A DNA stretch of 62,797 nt, filler included, from Stramenopiles sp. TOSAG23-6 (Eukaryota), in assembly GCA_900128565.1 (NCBI GenBank). It is 24 parts of 24 records of this genome, joined end to end, with 100 filler letters (N's around TTAATTAATTAA, not from the genome) between each part and the next. Parts side by side here need not be neighbours in the genome. Positions count along the whole stretch, not along the records: positions 1 to 2,534 come from LT637983.1; positions 2,635 to 5,168 come from LT637984.1; positions 5,269 to 7,799 come from LT637985.1; positions 7,900 to 10,429 come from LT637986.1; positions 10,530 to 13,057 come from LT637987.1; 19 more parts are not named here. One strand, 5' to 3'. How positions within the stretch are numbered: position 1 is the first letter of the stretch; every line of letters starts with the position of its first letter. The translations under genes and the position numbers were made by a program. Positions 1 to 11,174 of this stretch are shown here, in pieces. The notes under the pieces are model-generated. The model was not told the origin of the DNA. It made no database searches and worked only from the letters and a program-made list of their open reading frames with translations.

Positions 1-54
<54 letters not shown>

Positions 55-145
55 TTTTTTTTTTAAATTAATTTTTTTTTTTTTTTTACATTTAAATTTT
101 TTTTTTGTTAGGTACGAAATTATCTATGATTTTTTTTAAACGTAC

Positions 146-1543
146 ACCTTTAATATCCACATCTTCAATCAGTAATTTTTTTTCAACTAAAGTATCAGAA
201 TTATTACTAGGGTTAGGGTTATTATGGTTGTTAGGGTTAGGGTTCGAATCAGTTGAGAGGGTAGTGGAGACAATTATCGAAGGATCTTCATTTTTGATTA
301 TTTCTTTCAAACATGAAATTGCTTTTTTTGATACATTTCGATCTTCCCAAGTTCCGCCGCGATTCCAGGAACTTTTTTCCAAATTTTTTTTTTCCAGATT
401 TTTTTTTTTTTTTTCCAAATTTTCTTTTTCCAATTTTTTTTTTTCCAGATTTTTTGGATTTTTGTCCAAAATTTTTTTATTCTCCAAACTTTTCTTTTCT
501 CTTGATGGATTTATAGTGTTATACTTACTTATACGACTACGATACGCTCTATGCTTTTTTACACTGTCTTGATTGGTACAAGCAGTTCTGTGCTTAGGTG
601 TAGATGTGCTACTTGCTGTAGTAGTACAAGTAGGGCTAGGGTTAGGGCTATCACCAACTGCGCATTTTTGTTGATGTTTCGTTTTAATTTTTTCTTGTAT
701 TTGATTTAAAATGTAATCACATATTGCTAACAAACCTCCATTTGGTTTTATTAATGCAACATTTTGATGTTTAGTGTCAACCACTTTAGCATTGTCAACA
801 TTTTGAGTAACCAATGGCCCTGAAATCAACTTTATTAACCGTTTACGAGATGTTTTTAATCGTTGTTCATCTTTTTTATCTAAAAGATTTGCTAATAATG
901 CACTTTTCATTTCACATGCTAAAGCATCAAGTTCATTATTTCGTGTTTTCTCAATATTGTGTATAATAAGTTTTGTTTCGTTTTCGATGTCTGACAAAGT
1001 CATACTGTTGACATGTTTTTCATTTATTCGTTTCGGATGAATTTGTATTTGAAGTGTATTTGTATTTTGAGTATTTTGAGTATGTTCATCATCATCACTA
1101 TCAATCACATCGGCAAATTCATCAAACGTATCCCATTTTGATTGTCGTTTGGTTCCATCTGAAGTGAAGAAATAATAATCACTGTTCAATGGACTCCCTG
1201 ACTTTTTTGATTTTTTTGTCTCCAACTTTTCTAGCTTTTCTAGCTTTTCTAACTTGGCAGTTGGAATAGCCTTGAATAATTCAAATATCCTCCTTTTGTG
1301 TATATTTAATCGATATTGAATATCTCGTAGTCGTTTTTTGTACTCTTTCCGTGTACTATTTTGTTTTTGAAGACGTTGACGTTTCATCAAGTTTCCATCC
1401 CAGAAGTACAACAAGGCATCTCGAACATCTTGACGTGTACACACAACGAATAGAGACAATATACCAACACCTACAAGTACTTTGCGTTTTGTATCCAAAC
1501 CTAAAAGTAGTTTACGTTTTATATCAAAGAACATAGCATTCAT
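146..1543 (-). CDS. Protein with N-terminal hydrophobic segment, coiled-coil/low-complexity middle and start of an Aha1 N-terminal-like domain (3' partial)
   Basis: Long ORF; SSWNRGGTWEDRN resembles the SAWN.AGTWEEK motif of Aha1_N proteins; interrupted at 145 by a family intron (GGT|GTACGT..GTACCTAAC). Confidence 0.55.
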
Positions 1544-1854
1544 CTGACAATATGATAGGTTAAGTATGCAGAATGTTTTTATATTTGCTGTAACAAAATA
1601 TACGTACAATATACAGGTAATAAATACATTGGATTGGAACACTTTTTTTTTTTATTGATTTCATTCATTGGTTGGTTTTTTAGATTTTAGTGGCCATAAA
1701 ATATCAACGGTATTTCGTGGTTTTAAAAGTCCCAGATTTCGTGGCCTTGTGTTGAGTACACGAAAAAAACAATTATTTGTAAAAATACAAATATTGTCAT
1801 TTTATCAAATATAAATCATTTATTTAATACCTACAAAGTATAAATATTTTATTT

Positions 1855-2426
1855 TTAAAAATCTTTCTCAGACACTAAAATACAATTCAAATTTTTCAAA
1901 AATCGAGCAAAATAAATATTGTAGGAAAATATTTTTTTCAAAAAAAACTCAAAATTTGTTAGGTATAAAATTTCGTATGAAAAAAAAAAAAAAAAAAATT
2001 TCAAAAAAATTTCAAAAAAAAAAATGAATACACGAAAAACGTACATAAATCTGGATGTATTGACGAAACACCCGAACCCTTCAATTGCTCCAATTGTTTC
2101 CTAAACCCCCATTGGGTGCAACAATCAATTAATGAAATTTGATAAATTTCAGCATAATTTGTAGAAAAAAAACAATTTTGAGAATTTTGAAAATATTGTA
2201 AATCCAAATGTTTTGTGTTTTCGTCAAATGAATTTTTTTTTGTTTTTATATTTTTTATATTTTTTTCATTTTTTTCGTTTTTTGCTAGATTTCGTGGAGT
2301 AAAAGGACGAGGAAATTTTATATTTTTGTATATACATTTACATACTAAAGCACGTTCTTGTATACAATTTGCCCATACTATTGCATCAGTGTTGTCTTGG
2401 GCAACTAATGTTAATGACGTCATTGC
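1855..2426 (-). CDS. Terminal exons of an unidentified gene (possible end of a PH domain)
   Basis: Exon 2045-2426 is open and bounded by family intron ends; LTLVAQDNTDAIVWANCIQ resembles a PH C-terminal helix; last-exon frame is ambiguous. Confidence 0.35.
1912..2044 (-). other. Family intron, AT|GTACGT...; 3' end at 1912 or 1914
   Basis: Contains CATACGAAATTTTATACCTAAC and ATATTTTCCTACAATAT; no AG at the end. Confidence 0.65.
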
Positions 2427-2480
2427 ATATAATTTGAAAAATATTTCAAATATTTTTTTGTTAGGTACAAAATTGTATAC

Positions 2481-2523
<43 letters not shown>

Positions 2524-2534
2524 AAAAAAAAAAA

Positions 2535-2634
2535 NNNNNNNNNNNNNNNNNNNNNNNNNNNNNNNNNNNNNNNNNNNNTTAATTAATTAANNNNNNNNNN
2601 NNNNNNNNNNNNNNNNNNNNNNNNNNNNNNNNNN
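2535..2634. other. Artificial contig spacer (N44-TTAATTAATTAA-N44); 23 such spacers occur about every 2.6 kb
   Basis: Same six-frame-stop linker between Ns throughout; contigs shrink steadily in length. Confidence 0.99.
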
Positions 2635-4026
2635 GGTGAAAGTAAAAATAATAATAATAGTAATTCTGATGCACCAGTATCTCCTTTAAAAGCATCTTCA
2701 ACAGAGTGGTTTCCTTCATGCTATAACTCATTAGCATCTGAAAATAAACAAAGTGATGATCAGAGTGAAAGATGTGCTACTATTCCAAAGGCTGCAGATG
2801 GTGACTGTGCTTTTAATGAAGGGGGTGATGTACCTTATGTGGGTTCTAGGGTCACACCAAGGCATTATATTACTTCAAGCATTTTATCATTATATGATAC
2901 ATATAATACTACTATTCTTTCAAAAAATCCAACGCATAGAAAAATTTTGAAACTAATCTTTGAAAAGATTAGTGAATCAAAAGATATACAATCAGATGGA
3001 CCACAAAAACATCAATATGAGAATATTCTAAATGTAGATGCTGTAAAGGAACTAATGATTAAAGCTAGAGTTAATTGGACTGCAGCTTATTTATTTACCT
3101 TTTTTAATACTAATTTCAAATATAGAGATATGTCAATATTTGAAGAGGTGCTTGATAAGAAAGGATGTGAAAGTATATATCTCATTTTGTACAATATGTT
3201 AGAATGTGATGTAGCTTGCCCTAATACAGATGTAATATCACAATTCAAAGCAGATGTAGAATCTGCAATTCAAGATATTGATGAAAAGATATTTAAACCA
3301 CTTGAAGAACAATGCAAAACTTTAGAACATTGTGGTGAATATGTTGAATTGGGTGATGAAGCTCAACAAAACATTCATGATGATGGTGAAAGTAAAAGTC
3401 AATGTAATGATGATTATAATTATTCATCATTTTCAGAAGAAAATGAAAACAGTGATGATCAGAGTGAAAGTAAAAGTCAATGTAATGATGATTATAATGA
3501 TGGTGAAAGTAAAAGTCATTATGTAGGAAGTCCTAATTGGTATCTTGATAACCCTCAACAAAAGCATAAAAGTGTTGAAAGAATTGCTATAAATTATCGA
3601 GATAGATCTGCAGAAGTAAATGAATACAGTGATGGTAATAGTGAAAGCAAGAATAATACAAATACCAATATTGATTCAAATAATTCAAATCATAAAGATA
3701 TTTTGAAACTAATCTTTAAAATGATTAGTGAATTAAAAGATATACAAGCACATGGACCAGAAGAACGTCACTATGAAGAGGTTCTAAATGATTATATTGT
3801 ACAGGATAGAATGAAGGAAGCTGGAGTTTGTTGGAGTTCATTACACTTATATGAGAAGTTTTATTTTGGTTTCAAAAGAAGAGATATGAGAAGATTTCAA
3901 AATTTTGTTTGTAATAGAGGTTATCAAAATGTTCGTAGAATATTGTGGAATATGTTCCAATCTGAACAACGCCAACAAAACAATAATTATGATGGTGATG
4001 AGTCATCCTATTCAGATGAAATGTAA
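2635..4026 (+). CDS. Hypothetical protein (5' partial) with two copies of a ~90-aa domain and D/N/S-rich linkers
   Basis: Frame is open from the contig start; HRKILKLIFEKISESKDIQ aligns with HKDILKLIFKMISELKDIQ. Confidence 0.7.
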   Translation, partial: GESKNNNNSNSDAPVSPLKASSTEWFPSCYNSLASENKQSDDQSERCATIPKAADGDCAFNEGGDVPYVGSRVTPRHYITSSILSLYDTYNTTILSKNPTHRKILKLIFEKISESKDIQSDGPQKHQYENILNVDAVKELMIKARVNWTAAYLFTFFNTNFKYRDMSIFEEVLDKKGCESIYLILYNMLECDVACPNTDVISQFKADVESAIQDIDEKIFKPLEEQCKTLEHCGEYVELGDEAQQNIHDDGESKSQCNDDYNYSSFSEENENSDDQSESKSQCNDDYNDGESKSHYVGSPNWYLDNPQQKHKSVERIAINYRDRSAEVNEYSDGNSESKNNTNTNIDSNNSNHKDILKLIFKMISELKDIQAHGPEERHYEEVLNDYIVQDRMKEAGVCWSSLHLYEKFYFGFKRRDMRRFQNFVCNRGYQNVRRILWNMFQSEQRQQNNNYDGDESSYSDEM

Positions 4027-4483
4027 AGTATATATAAATCTATGTACAACAAAGAAAAAAGATGGGATAAATAAATAAAATAATAGGAGAGTCATTCTCT
4101 TATAAATCTAATTTATTTAAAAATAAAATATAACACCCAAAAAATATACTATTGTGTAAGTATTTATTTATCATTATTCTTCACAAGTTATGTTTCATTT
4201 TATTGTTGTAGTTTCTATTGTTCTTCTTCATTATAAAAATGGACAATTGGAGTAATAGATTAACATGCCCTTCAGGCGGACTCCTGCGGAGAGCTTCTAA
4301 ATAAAATTATAATAATATACATCTAATCAAAAAACTAATAATCTCCTACAAAAAAAAAATAACCCAGAAAGTAACCCATCACCCTGTATCTCCCCGCCCC
4401 TAAAGCATCCAAGAACCCAAAGTTTTCCGACCCTGTAATCCATCCGTGACCCTGTGTAAAATAGTAATTAGGTTACGGACCCT

Positions 4484-4668
4484 AAACAAAAATATAAAAT
4501 CCTGTGATAAAGAAAAATATAAAATCTTGTGATATACAAAAATCTTGTGATATACAAAAATCGTGTGATAAACAAAAATATAAAATCATGTGATAAACAA
4601 AAATATAAAATCGTGTGATAAACAAAAATATAAAATCGTGTGATAAACAAAAATATAAAATCGTGTGA
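4484..4668. repeat. Tandem repeat, ~25-nt unit AAACAAAAATATAAAATCGTGTGAT with shorter variants
   Basis: About eight consecutive units running into an N gap. Confidence 0.9.
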
Positions 4669-4771
4669 NNNNNNNNNNNNNNNNNNNNNNNNNNNNNNNN
4701 NNNNNNNNNNNNNNNNNNNNNNNAAAAAAATCGAAATCGAAATTGAAAAAAAAAAAAAATTTAAAACATAC

Positions 4772-5115
4772 ATATTCACTACCTCCTTGAAAAGGTGGAC
4801 GACCCGTAAACATGTGAAATATAACACATCCTAAAGCCCAGAGGTCTGATGCAGGCGTTGCCTCTGCATCCATTAAGACTTCTGGTGATACATACTCTGC
4901 TGTACCACAAAATGTATTACAACGTGTCTTACCAATGGCTCTCTGATCCAACGCTGTACCAAAATCTGCAAGTTTTAAATGCCCTTGAGCATCAATTAAA
5001 ATATTTTCTGGCTTTAAATCACGATGTACTACGCCATTCCTATGCAAGTACCGAAGAGCTGTGACTAACTCGGCAGTGTAAAATCTTGACTGTGCAAAAG
5101 TGAGTGCCTGGCCAC
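4772..5115 (-). CDS. Internal exon of an AGC Ser/Thr kinase, PDK1-like
   Basis: [34 protein letters not shown]; flanked by ATATAT| upstream and TAT|GTATGT downstream. Confidence 0.85.
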
Positions 5116-5479
5116 ATATATTGTGAAAAAATATTTTTTTTGTAAAATTTGTTAGGTACGAAATTTCGNNNNNNNNNNNNNNNNNNNNNNNNNNNNNNNN
5201 NNNNNNNNNNNNTTAATTAATTAANNNNNNNNNNNNNNNNNNNNNNNNNNNNNNNNNNNNNNNNNNNNATTTTTAAAAAAAAAATTTTAAAAAAAAAAAT
5301 TTTTAAAAAAAAAAAAAAATTTTCAAAAAAAATTTAAAAAAAAAAACGTTAAGTTCAAAAATTCCTTTTAAATTTTTTTTTTTTTTTTTTTTTTTAAATC
5401 ATAATTTTTTTTTCTTTGTTTAAATTGTAAAACAATTTTTAATTTTTGTACGTGTTTCAAGTATTGTACCACACTATAT

Positions 5480-6425
5480 GGTTTATAAAAGTATATAAAG
5501 AAAATGATAAACCAATCATGTCTTGGCCAGTTCAAAGTATGTATGTTTTAATTTTTGAAAATTTGATTTTTTTTTTTTTTTTTTAATAGTAAATTTTGTA
5601 CCTAACAATTTTTTTTTTATAGAAAATTTTGAAATATTTTTCTAAAATACATGATTACAAGCCATAAAGATCATTCTGAAGGATTCATGACAACCAGTGA
5701 AATATTTACTTCAAAATCAAAATCAAAATCAAAATCAGTAGGGTTAGGGTTAGGGTCAGAGGAAACTACTTCAAAAGGGATGATTTCAAAAGATGATAAA
5801 GATGATAAAGAGTTAGTTATTTCTGGAATTGCATATTCAGGTAATGGTAATGGAATAAGTACTGTTGAGGTTTCAATTGATGGGGGAGAGTCATGGATGG
5901 ATGCAAATTTATTGGACACAAAAAAAAACACGAAAACCCCCAAAAAAAACACAAAAACCCCAAAAAACAACACAAAAAATAAAATTCTGGACAGTACAAC
6001 AAACAAAGATAAAAAAATAAAAGATATTCTTGATCCATCTGTTCAAAACAATAATGATGTGAAAAGGACTACAAATAATAATAATAATGATGATGTAGTA
6101 GAAAATACTACAAATAATTGTGAAGATAGTCATGAAGAAAAAAATTGGGCTTGGACTCGATGTAAGTTTTTTTTTTTTTTTTTTTTTTAATTTTTTTTTG
6201 TACGAAATTTTGTACCTAAAAATTTTTTTTTTTTTTTACAATACATGGCAATCAGATCCTATCAAAATTCAAAACATTAATTCAATAAAAGAATTAAATT
6301 TGGCATGTAAAGCAAAAGATACTGACGGGAATGAACAGCCTAATACTCATGTTGATGCAGTAAAGGCACATCCAAGTGGTTATTTATTCAATGGTATTCA
6401 TCACGTAACTGTTAAAGTAAAATAA
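5480..6425 (+). CDS. Sulfite oxidase-family protein, C-terminal Mo-co dimerisation domain (exons ~5480-5540, 5653-6161, 6247-6425)
   Basis: Spliced WPVQSMITS, GIAYSGNG..I..VEVSIDGGESW, WAWTRW, CKAKD..GNEQP. Confidence 0.85.
5541..5652 (+). other. Family intron AT|GTATGT...ATACAT
   Basis: Removal gives PVQSMITS; using the upstream AG at 5622 would introduce TGA. Confidence 0.85.
6162..6246 (+). other. Family intron AT|GTAAGT...ATACAT
   Basis: Removal rebuilds the split Trp codon T|GG of the WAWxxW motif. Confidence 0.88.
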
Positions 6426-6762
6426 AAAACACTACAATTTTTAAAAATTACAATTAATTTGCTATAAATATATAAATATAGATCCTCTTTGTTACCGGGT
6501 ATCAATAATAAAAACACTATTCACTGAAAAAATATTCAGCGCTATAAAGTTTCGTACCAAATAAGTACGGAACTAGTCGCGCGAATTTTTGACCTAGCTA
6601 GAGATGTAGAGCTCTGTTTCGACTACACACACACCGACACAGCGACAGTAAGTACTACAAACAAACTATATCTCCTCATACATTTTCAAAACATATACAT
6701 TGAATTAGAATTTTCGTTTCTATTGTCTCTTCATCACGTCGTCATAGCTATTGTATACAATA

Positions 6763-7799
6763 ATGAGTACGAATGTGAATGGTATTGGACTGTGGAGTAA
6801 TTGGACGCGTAGTTTCAGAAGTCCATTACAAGCTTTTGACGATCTCATTGACAACGCCGTAGACAACTCAATGTCAGTTGAAGGGGGTCTTGAAAACGGT
6901 AGTTTTGAAGTTGAACCTGATTATTTTTGTGGTGTGAATATCAAGCATGAAAAATCAACCATCTATATACAAAATTCTTGTAGAGGCCCAGTGAGAAAAC
7001 TCCGCAAAGTACTTGATATATTTGATTCCAATAAAGGGGGAGATTCCCAAATGGTTGGCGAGAACGGAGTCGGTTTAAAACAAGGATGTGCCAGTTTATC
7101 AGATCAATCATTTGTATTTTCGTGGAATGCAGACACAAGTACATTAAGTTTTGGTATCATTGCCATGGTGTTACAAAAAACAACAGGCCCTTGGTTGCCG
7201 GATTTTACATTTAAAATCGCTAAAGAAACTTCATTTAAAAAATTTATGTTGACTACTTTTATAGACGAGATTAAAAAAGAAACCGAAAACAATCAAAATG
7301 TACTCAATATCATTGAAAAGTTTGGGGAAAACTTCAGTGGATCTATGAATGTTAACGTCGATCTCAATCTTATCCGTGATGTCAGTGCAAAATTAGTAAA
7401 AGGATTATTAAAATTAGGTGATACAGTTAAAGCTCTTGCCACAAATACATTTGGAAAATACGCGTTTTGTGTAATTATTTCTGAACTTCGAAACTTACAA
7501 GATGATGGTGTTGAACAACAAGTATCTGCATTTATGAAAAATGTCAAGAAAAATATTGAAAAACAGTATATACATTTACCAGTGGATGGTCGGTATAAAT
7601 TTGTAGTGGATGGCAAAAAAGTTGATTTTTTATACTGGCAAAAAAAGTTAGTTAATTTAACTAAAATTACTGTAAATGTTTCAAAAGTAATACCTTGGAC
7701 TATGTTACCTAAAGAGGCTTTAGAACCTCAATATGAAAAAAATGCAAAAAATACAAAAAATACAAAAAATACAAAAAATACAAAAAATACAAAAAATAC
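6763..7799 (+). CDS. MORC-family GHKL ATPase (3' partial)
   Basis: AFDDLIDNAVD and VGENGVGLKQG match GHKL motifs of the MORC type. Confidence 0.75.
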
Positions 7800-7899
7800 N
7801 NNNNNNNNNNNNNNNNNNNNNNNNNNNNNNNNNNNNNNNNNNNTTAATTAATTAANNNNNNNNNNNNNNNNNNNNNNNNNNNNNNNNNNNNNNNNNNNN

Positions 7900-10429
7900 A
7901 AGAGGTTCCGGCAGAATTAACAAGTGACCGCAAATACCCGTCCCATTTTAAACGACCATTGTAGTCACTAGTGCCAGCAACACTCCAAACAAACGTAAAC
8001 ATGAAAATTGGATCAAGGTGGCCCATCAGTTTATCCATTACTTCCGAAGTAGGTGGATCTTGTCCATCTTTGTAGCGATATTTCGCAAAGAAACAATCCA
8101 AAAATCGCATTAGTGATCCTGCAAGATTATTGTTTACAGATGGGACTGCTTCCTTAATATGTCGACGTAAGAAATTCAAAGATCCATGCAAATAAATATC
8201 AAACTTTTCACGCAGCTTCTTTTTAAATTCAGCGCTGAAAGCGCGGGGTAAAATACTAAACCATGAGTCAATTGCTGGGTCAAGACCAAGGGAGTACAAA
8301 CACGAATCATATTTGCAAGAACTCCATCACGCCACTCATGTGTATTAGGGTCAAAACTGCCATAGAGCTGACCCATTGTAATAGACTTTGGATTTATATA
8401 CTTCACCCACACTGTTTCAAAACGCTTTCCTGTGACATTGTATTCTTTCAGCATCGTCAAAGCATCCTGTAATACATAGATGTTACTACTTTTTCCACCT
8501 CCAGTTGGACCAACGACCATGAGACCATGGCGTACCACAATCATTTCATACAATTGAATCACTTTGTCAATAAACCAAGGGTGTTGCTGTAAATTCTTTT
8601 TTTTGCACACCGTTTTTATACATGCAAGAAGGGCACCATAATCAATTTCTGGCTTCTTCTTCCCTGGAAAGAGATCGGACATAATACCCTGGAAAAGTGG
8701 CAAATCATGACTGAGAAATTTAGGTTCATTTACATCAATGAGACCTCGAAGCATGAGAACTTCTTCATCTTCGTCGGGTTCTTCCCCTTTTAAATTACCT
8801 GCAGCAACAATTACAGTTTTCACAGCGCGCATCCCATAATCGTAGTGATCTTGCGATGATAGCTGTTCTGAACACAGACGAAATGTGGCAACCATCTTTT
8901 GTGCATTTGATCTCGCTTTGCTGAACCCATACGCAAAGAGCATAATTTCTCCAATCAAAGCATAATCGGGAACCATCATAGCAATTGGACGGAATAAGGC
9001 AGCAAGATTATCTGGTAAAGCAGTTCGACCAGCATAACCGGGATTCATAGTGATGAAAACAGCAAATTGCCAGTTTAATTTAATATCAGTTTCATCAAAC
9101 ATGATTCTTGTTTGTCCAGCTCGTACACCACCTTGAAGTGTCATAATTTGTTGTGCAATTACTGAGAGAACTTCGATGAGAATCCGATTAAATTCGTCAA
9201 AACAACACCAGGCACCGCAAGATGCCAAACCCTTGAAGAATTTTGCGGTCATTTTGAAATCCATGCCATCAGAACAATTAAACACGACACATTGTTTAGC
9301 TAAACCCTTAGCCATATCCTTCACAGTCTCTGTTTTGCCTGTACCAGCAGGCCCCGCAGGAGCGCCGCCGAGAATATTTTCGATTGCACTCATAAGAGTT
9401 ATATAGCACTTGTCTGTAAGTGGTGTAATTACAAGACGGAAAGAGTTGCCGAGATATTCGTATGAATATGGTCGCTTAGATGTTACCATAATAGCCCCCA
9501 AATCTCCTGCGACGCCTTCTGGAGTTCCATTTTTCCAATCTCCATCAGTCCAATAGTATCGCAACTGAGTCAACCACGCAAAATCATTTTTACTACATAC
9601 TCCATTTGCTACCATTTTTTTACTAACATCCTTTGCGTGGACATCAATTACAGCAAGTGCGCCGGTAGATGTTCGACCAAGTTTTGATAGATTGGGATTC
9701 CGGACAAGGCGAACCATATCTTCAAGCTGGTTTAGTTGAATTTGATAGTACTTCTTTAGTCCTTCAAATCCCTCAGTGTCAAAGAATTCTTCAAGTTCCG
9801 AAGTCCAATGAACTTGACTACCATTGAGCACACACTGACCAGGCCATTTTTGCATCCATTCAGTACGGGAGATCTTGGTATAATCTATAATTGACTCCCA
9901 CATACGAGCGCGTATTGCTAAACACATACCTGTTTCAACGTCATTCATCCAATCTTCGACATTCACACCAGCTGTTTGAACTTTTTCGACGAATTGAACT
10001 TCTTCTTTTTCCCTAGATTTCATACTGGTGATTCCATTATCTTCGGGATCAAAATGGACTTCTTTAATTGCCTCAAAACACTTCTTCAGATGTGGCTGTA
10101 CTAAAGTAGGATCTTTAGTTTCAGAAAGGATTTCAAGCAACTCATCATTGGCGAGAAAATAAAAACGTGAAAAACCAGCTCTCTTTGTTTCAAGATAATC
10201 ACTTAAACCTTTCATGACGAGATCAAGAAACTTGTTGCTTTCCTGAAACTTTTCACATAATTGGGGATTGTCACAGAATTCAACAGCTTTAGATCGTTTT
10301 ATAGCTTGAAGCATCACTTTGCGCCAATTTTTATCCACTGTGAAAAAACGTTTGCTCTCTACAGGAAGCTGTTTTTTAATATCATCACTGTCAAAAATAG
10401 GTTGCAGATATAACCAATTGCGTTGAACG
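7900..10429 (-). CDS. Axonemal dynein heavy chain fragment (linker, AAA1, AAA2) with an apparent internal deletion/frameshift near 8295
   Basis: RLVITPLTDKCY, GPAGTGKTETVKD, WCCFDEFNRI, ITMNPGYAGR, QLSSQDHYDYGMRAVK, VGPTGGGKS. Confidence 0.97.
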
Positions 10430-10724
10430 NNNNNNNNNNNNNNNNNNNNNNNNNNNNNNNNNNNNNNNNNNNNTTAATTAATTAANNNNNNNNNNNNNNN
10501 NNNNNNNNNNNNNNNNNNNNNNNNNNNNNTTTTTTTTTATTTTTTTTTTTTTTTTTTGTGAATTTTTTTTTGAAATTTCGATTTTTTTTTTTTTTGTACG
10601 AAATTTCATACCTAACGTTTTTTTTTTTTTTGAAATTTTTTTTTGAAATTTTTTTTTTTGAAAATTTTGTACCTAACATTTTTTTTTTTTATAGTAAATT
10701 TTGAAATATGTTTTTACAATTAAT

Positions 10725-11003
10725 GTACTACAAAAGAATGGATAAAACAAAATTCACCAGATGGAAAATTAACTGGTTTGAAAAAAACGTTTGAAAAAAT
10801 AAAATTGTTAAATTATGAACATTGCGCAACTTCATCTGGACCTGTAACCGTCGGAGGTGCAAAAACTATATATGTTTAATTTTTTTTTTCAAAAAAATCG
10901 AATTTTTTTTTCGTACGAAATGTTGTACCTAACAATTTTTTTTTTTTTTTGAAATATTTTCCTAAAATATAGACGTGATATTGTTGAATCAAATATGAAA
11001 TAG
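10725..11003 (+). CDS. Last two exons of an unidentified gene
   Basis: Open exon 10725-10869 lies between family introns; short terminal exon of uncertain frame. Confidence 0.4.
10870..10972 (+). other. Family intron with non-GT start, AT|ATATGT...ATAT(AG); 3' end at 10970 or 10972
   Basis: Contains TTCGTACGAAATGTTGTACCTAAC and GAAATATTTTCCTAAAATAT. Confidence 0.6.
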
Positions 11004-11045
11004 ATTTAATTTTTACACTGTAAAAATAACAAAAATAAAACATAG

Positions 11046-11174
11046 ATGTATTGTGAAGAACATTTTTTTTTGTTTACAATTTACATTCGTTAGGTACAAA
11101 ATTTTCATAGTTAAAAAAAAAATAAATTCGAAATTCAAAAAAAAAAAAAATTAATTTTATTTTTTTTTCAGAAC
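11046..11174 (-). other. Family intron TT|GTTCTG...ATACAT (5' end tentative)
   Basis: GAAAATTTTGTACCTAAC and TTCACAATACAT present; starts just before the apparent stop of the NPNP-rich ORF. Confidence 0.55.

Noticed and set aside
2579-2590. Regularly spaced TTAATTAATTAA motif every ~2.6 kb
   Set aside because: Artificial six-frame-stop spacer between Ns; gene adjacency across it has no meaning
5541-6246. Family as ciliate-like DNA-eliminated sequences (IES)
   Set aside because: Consistent sense orientation plus donor-like and branch-like motifs favour RNA splicing; not formally excluded without reads
8176-8299. Programmed ribosomal frameshift in dynein
   Set aside because: A conserved block is missing, which indicates a deletion rather than slippage
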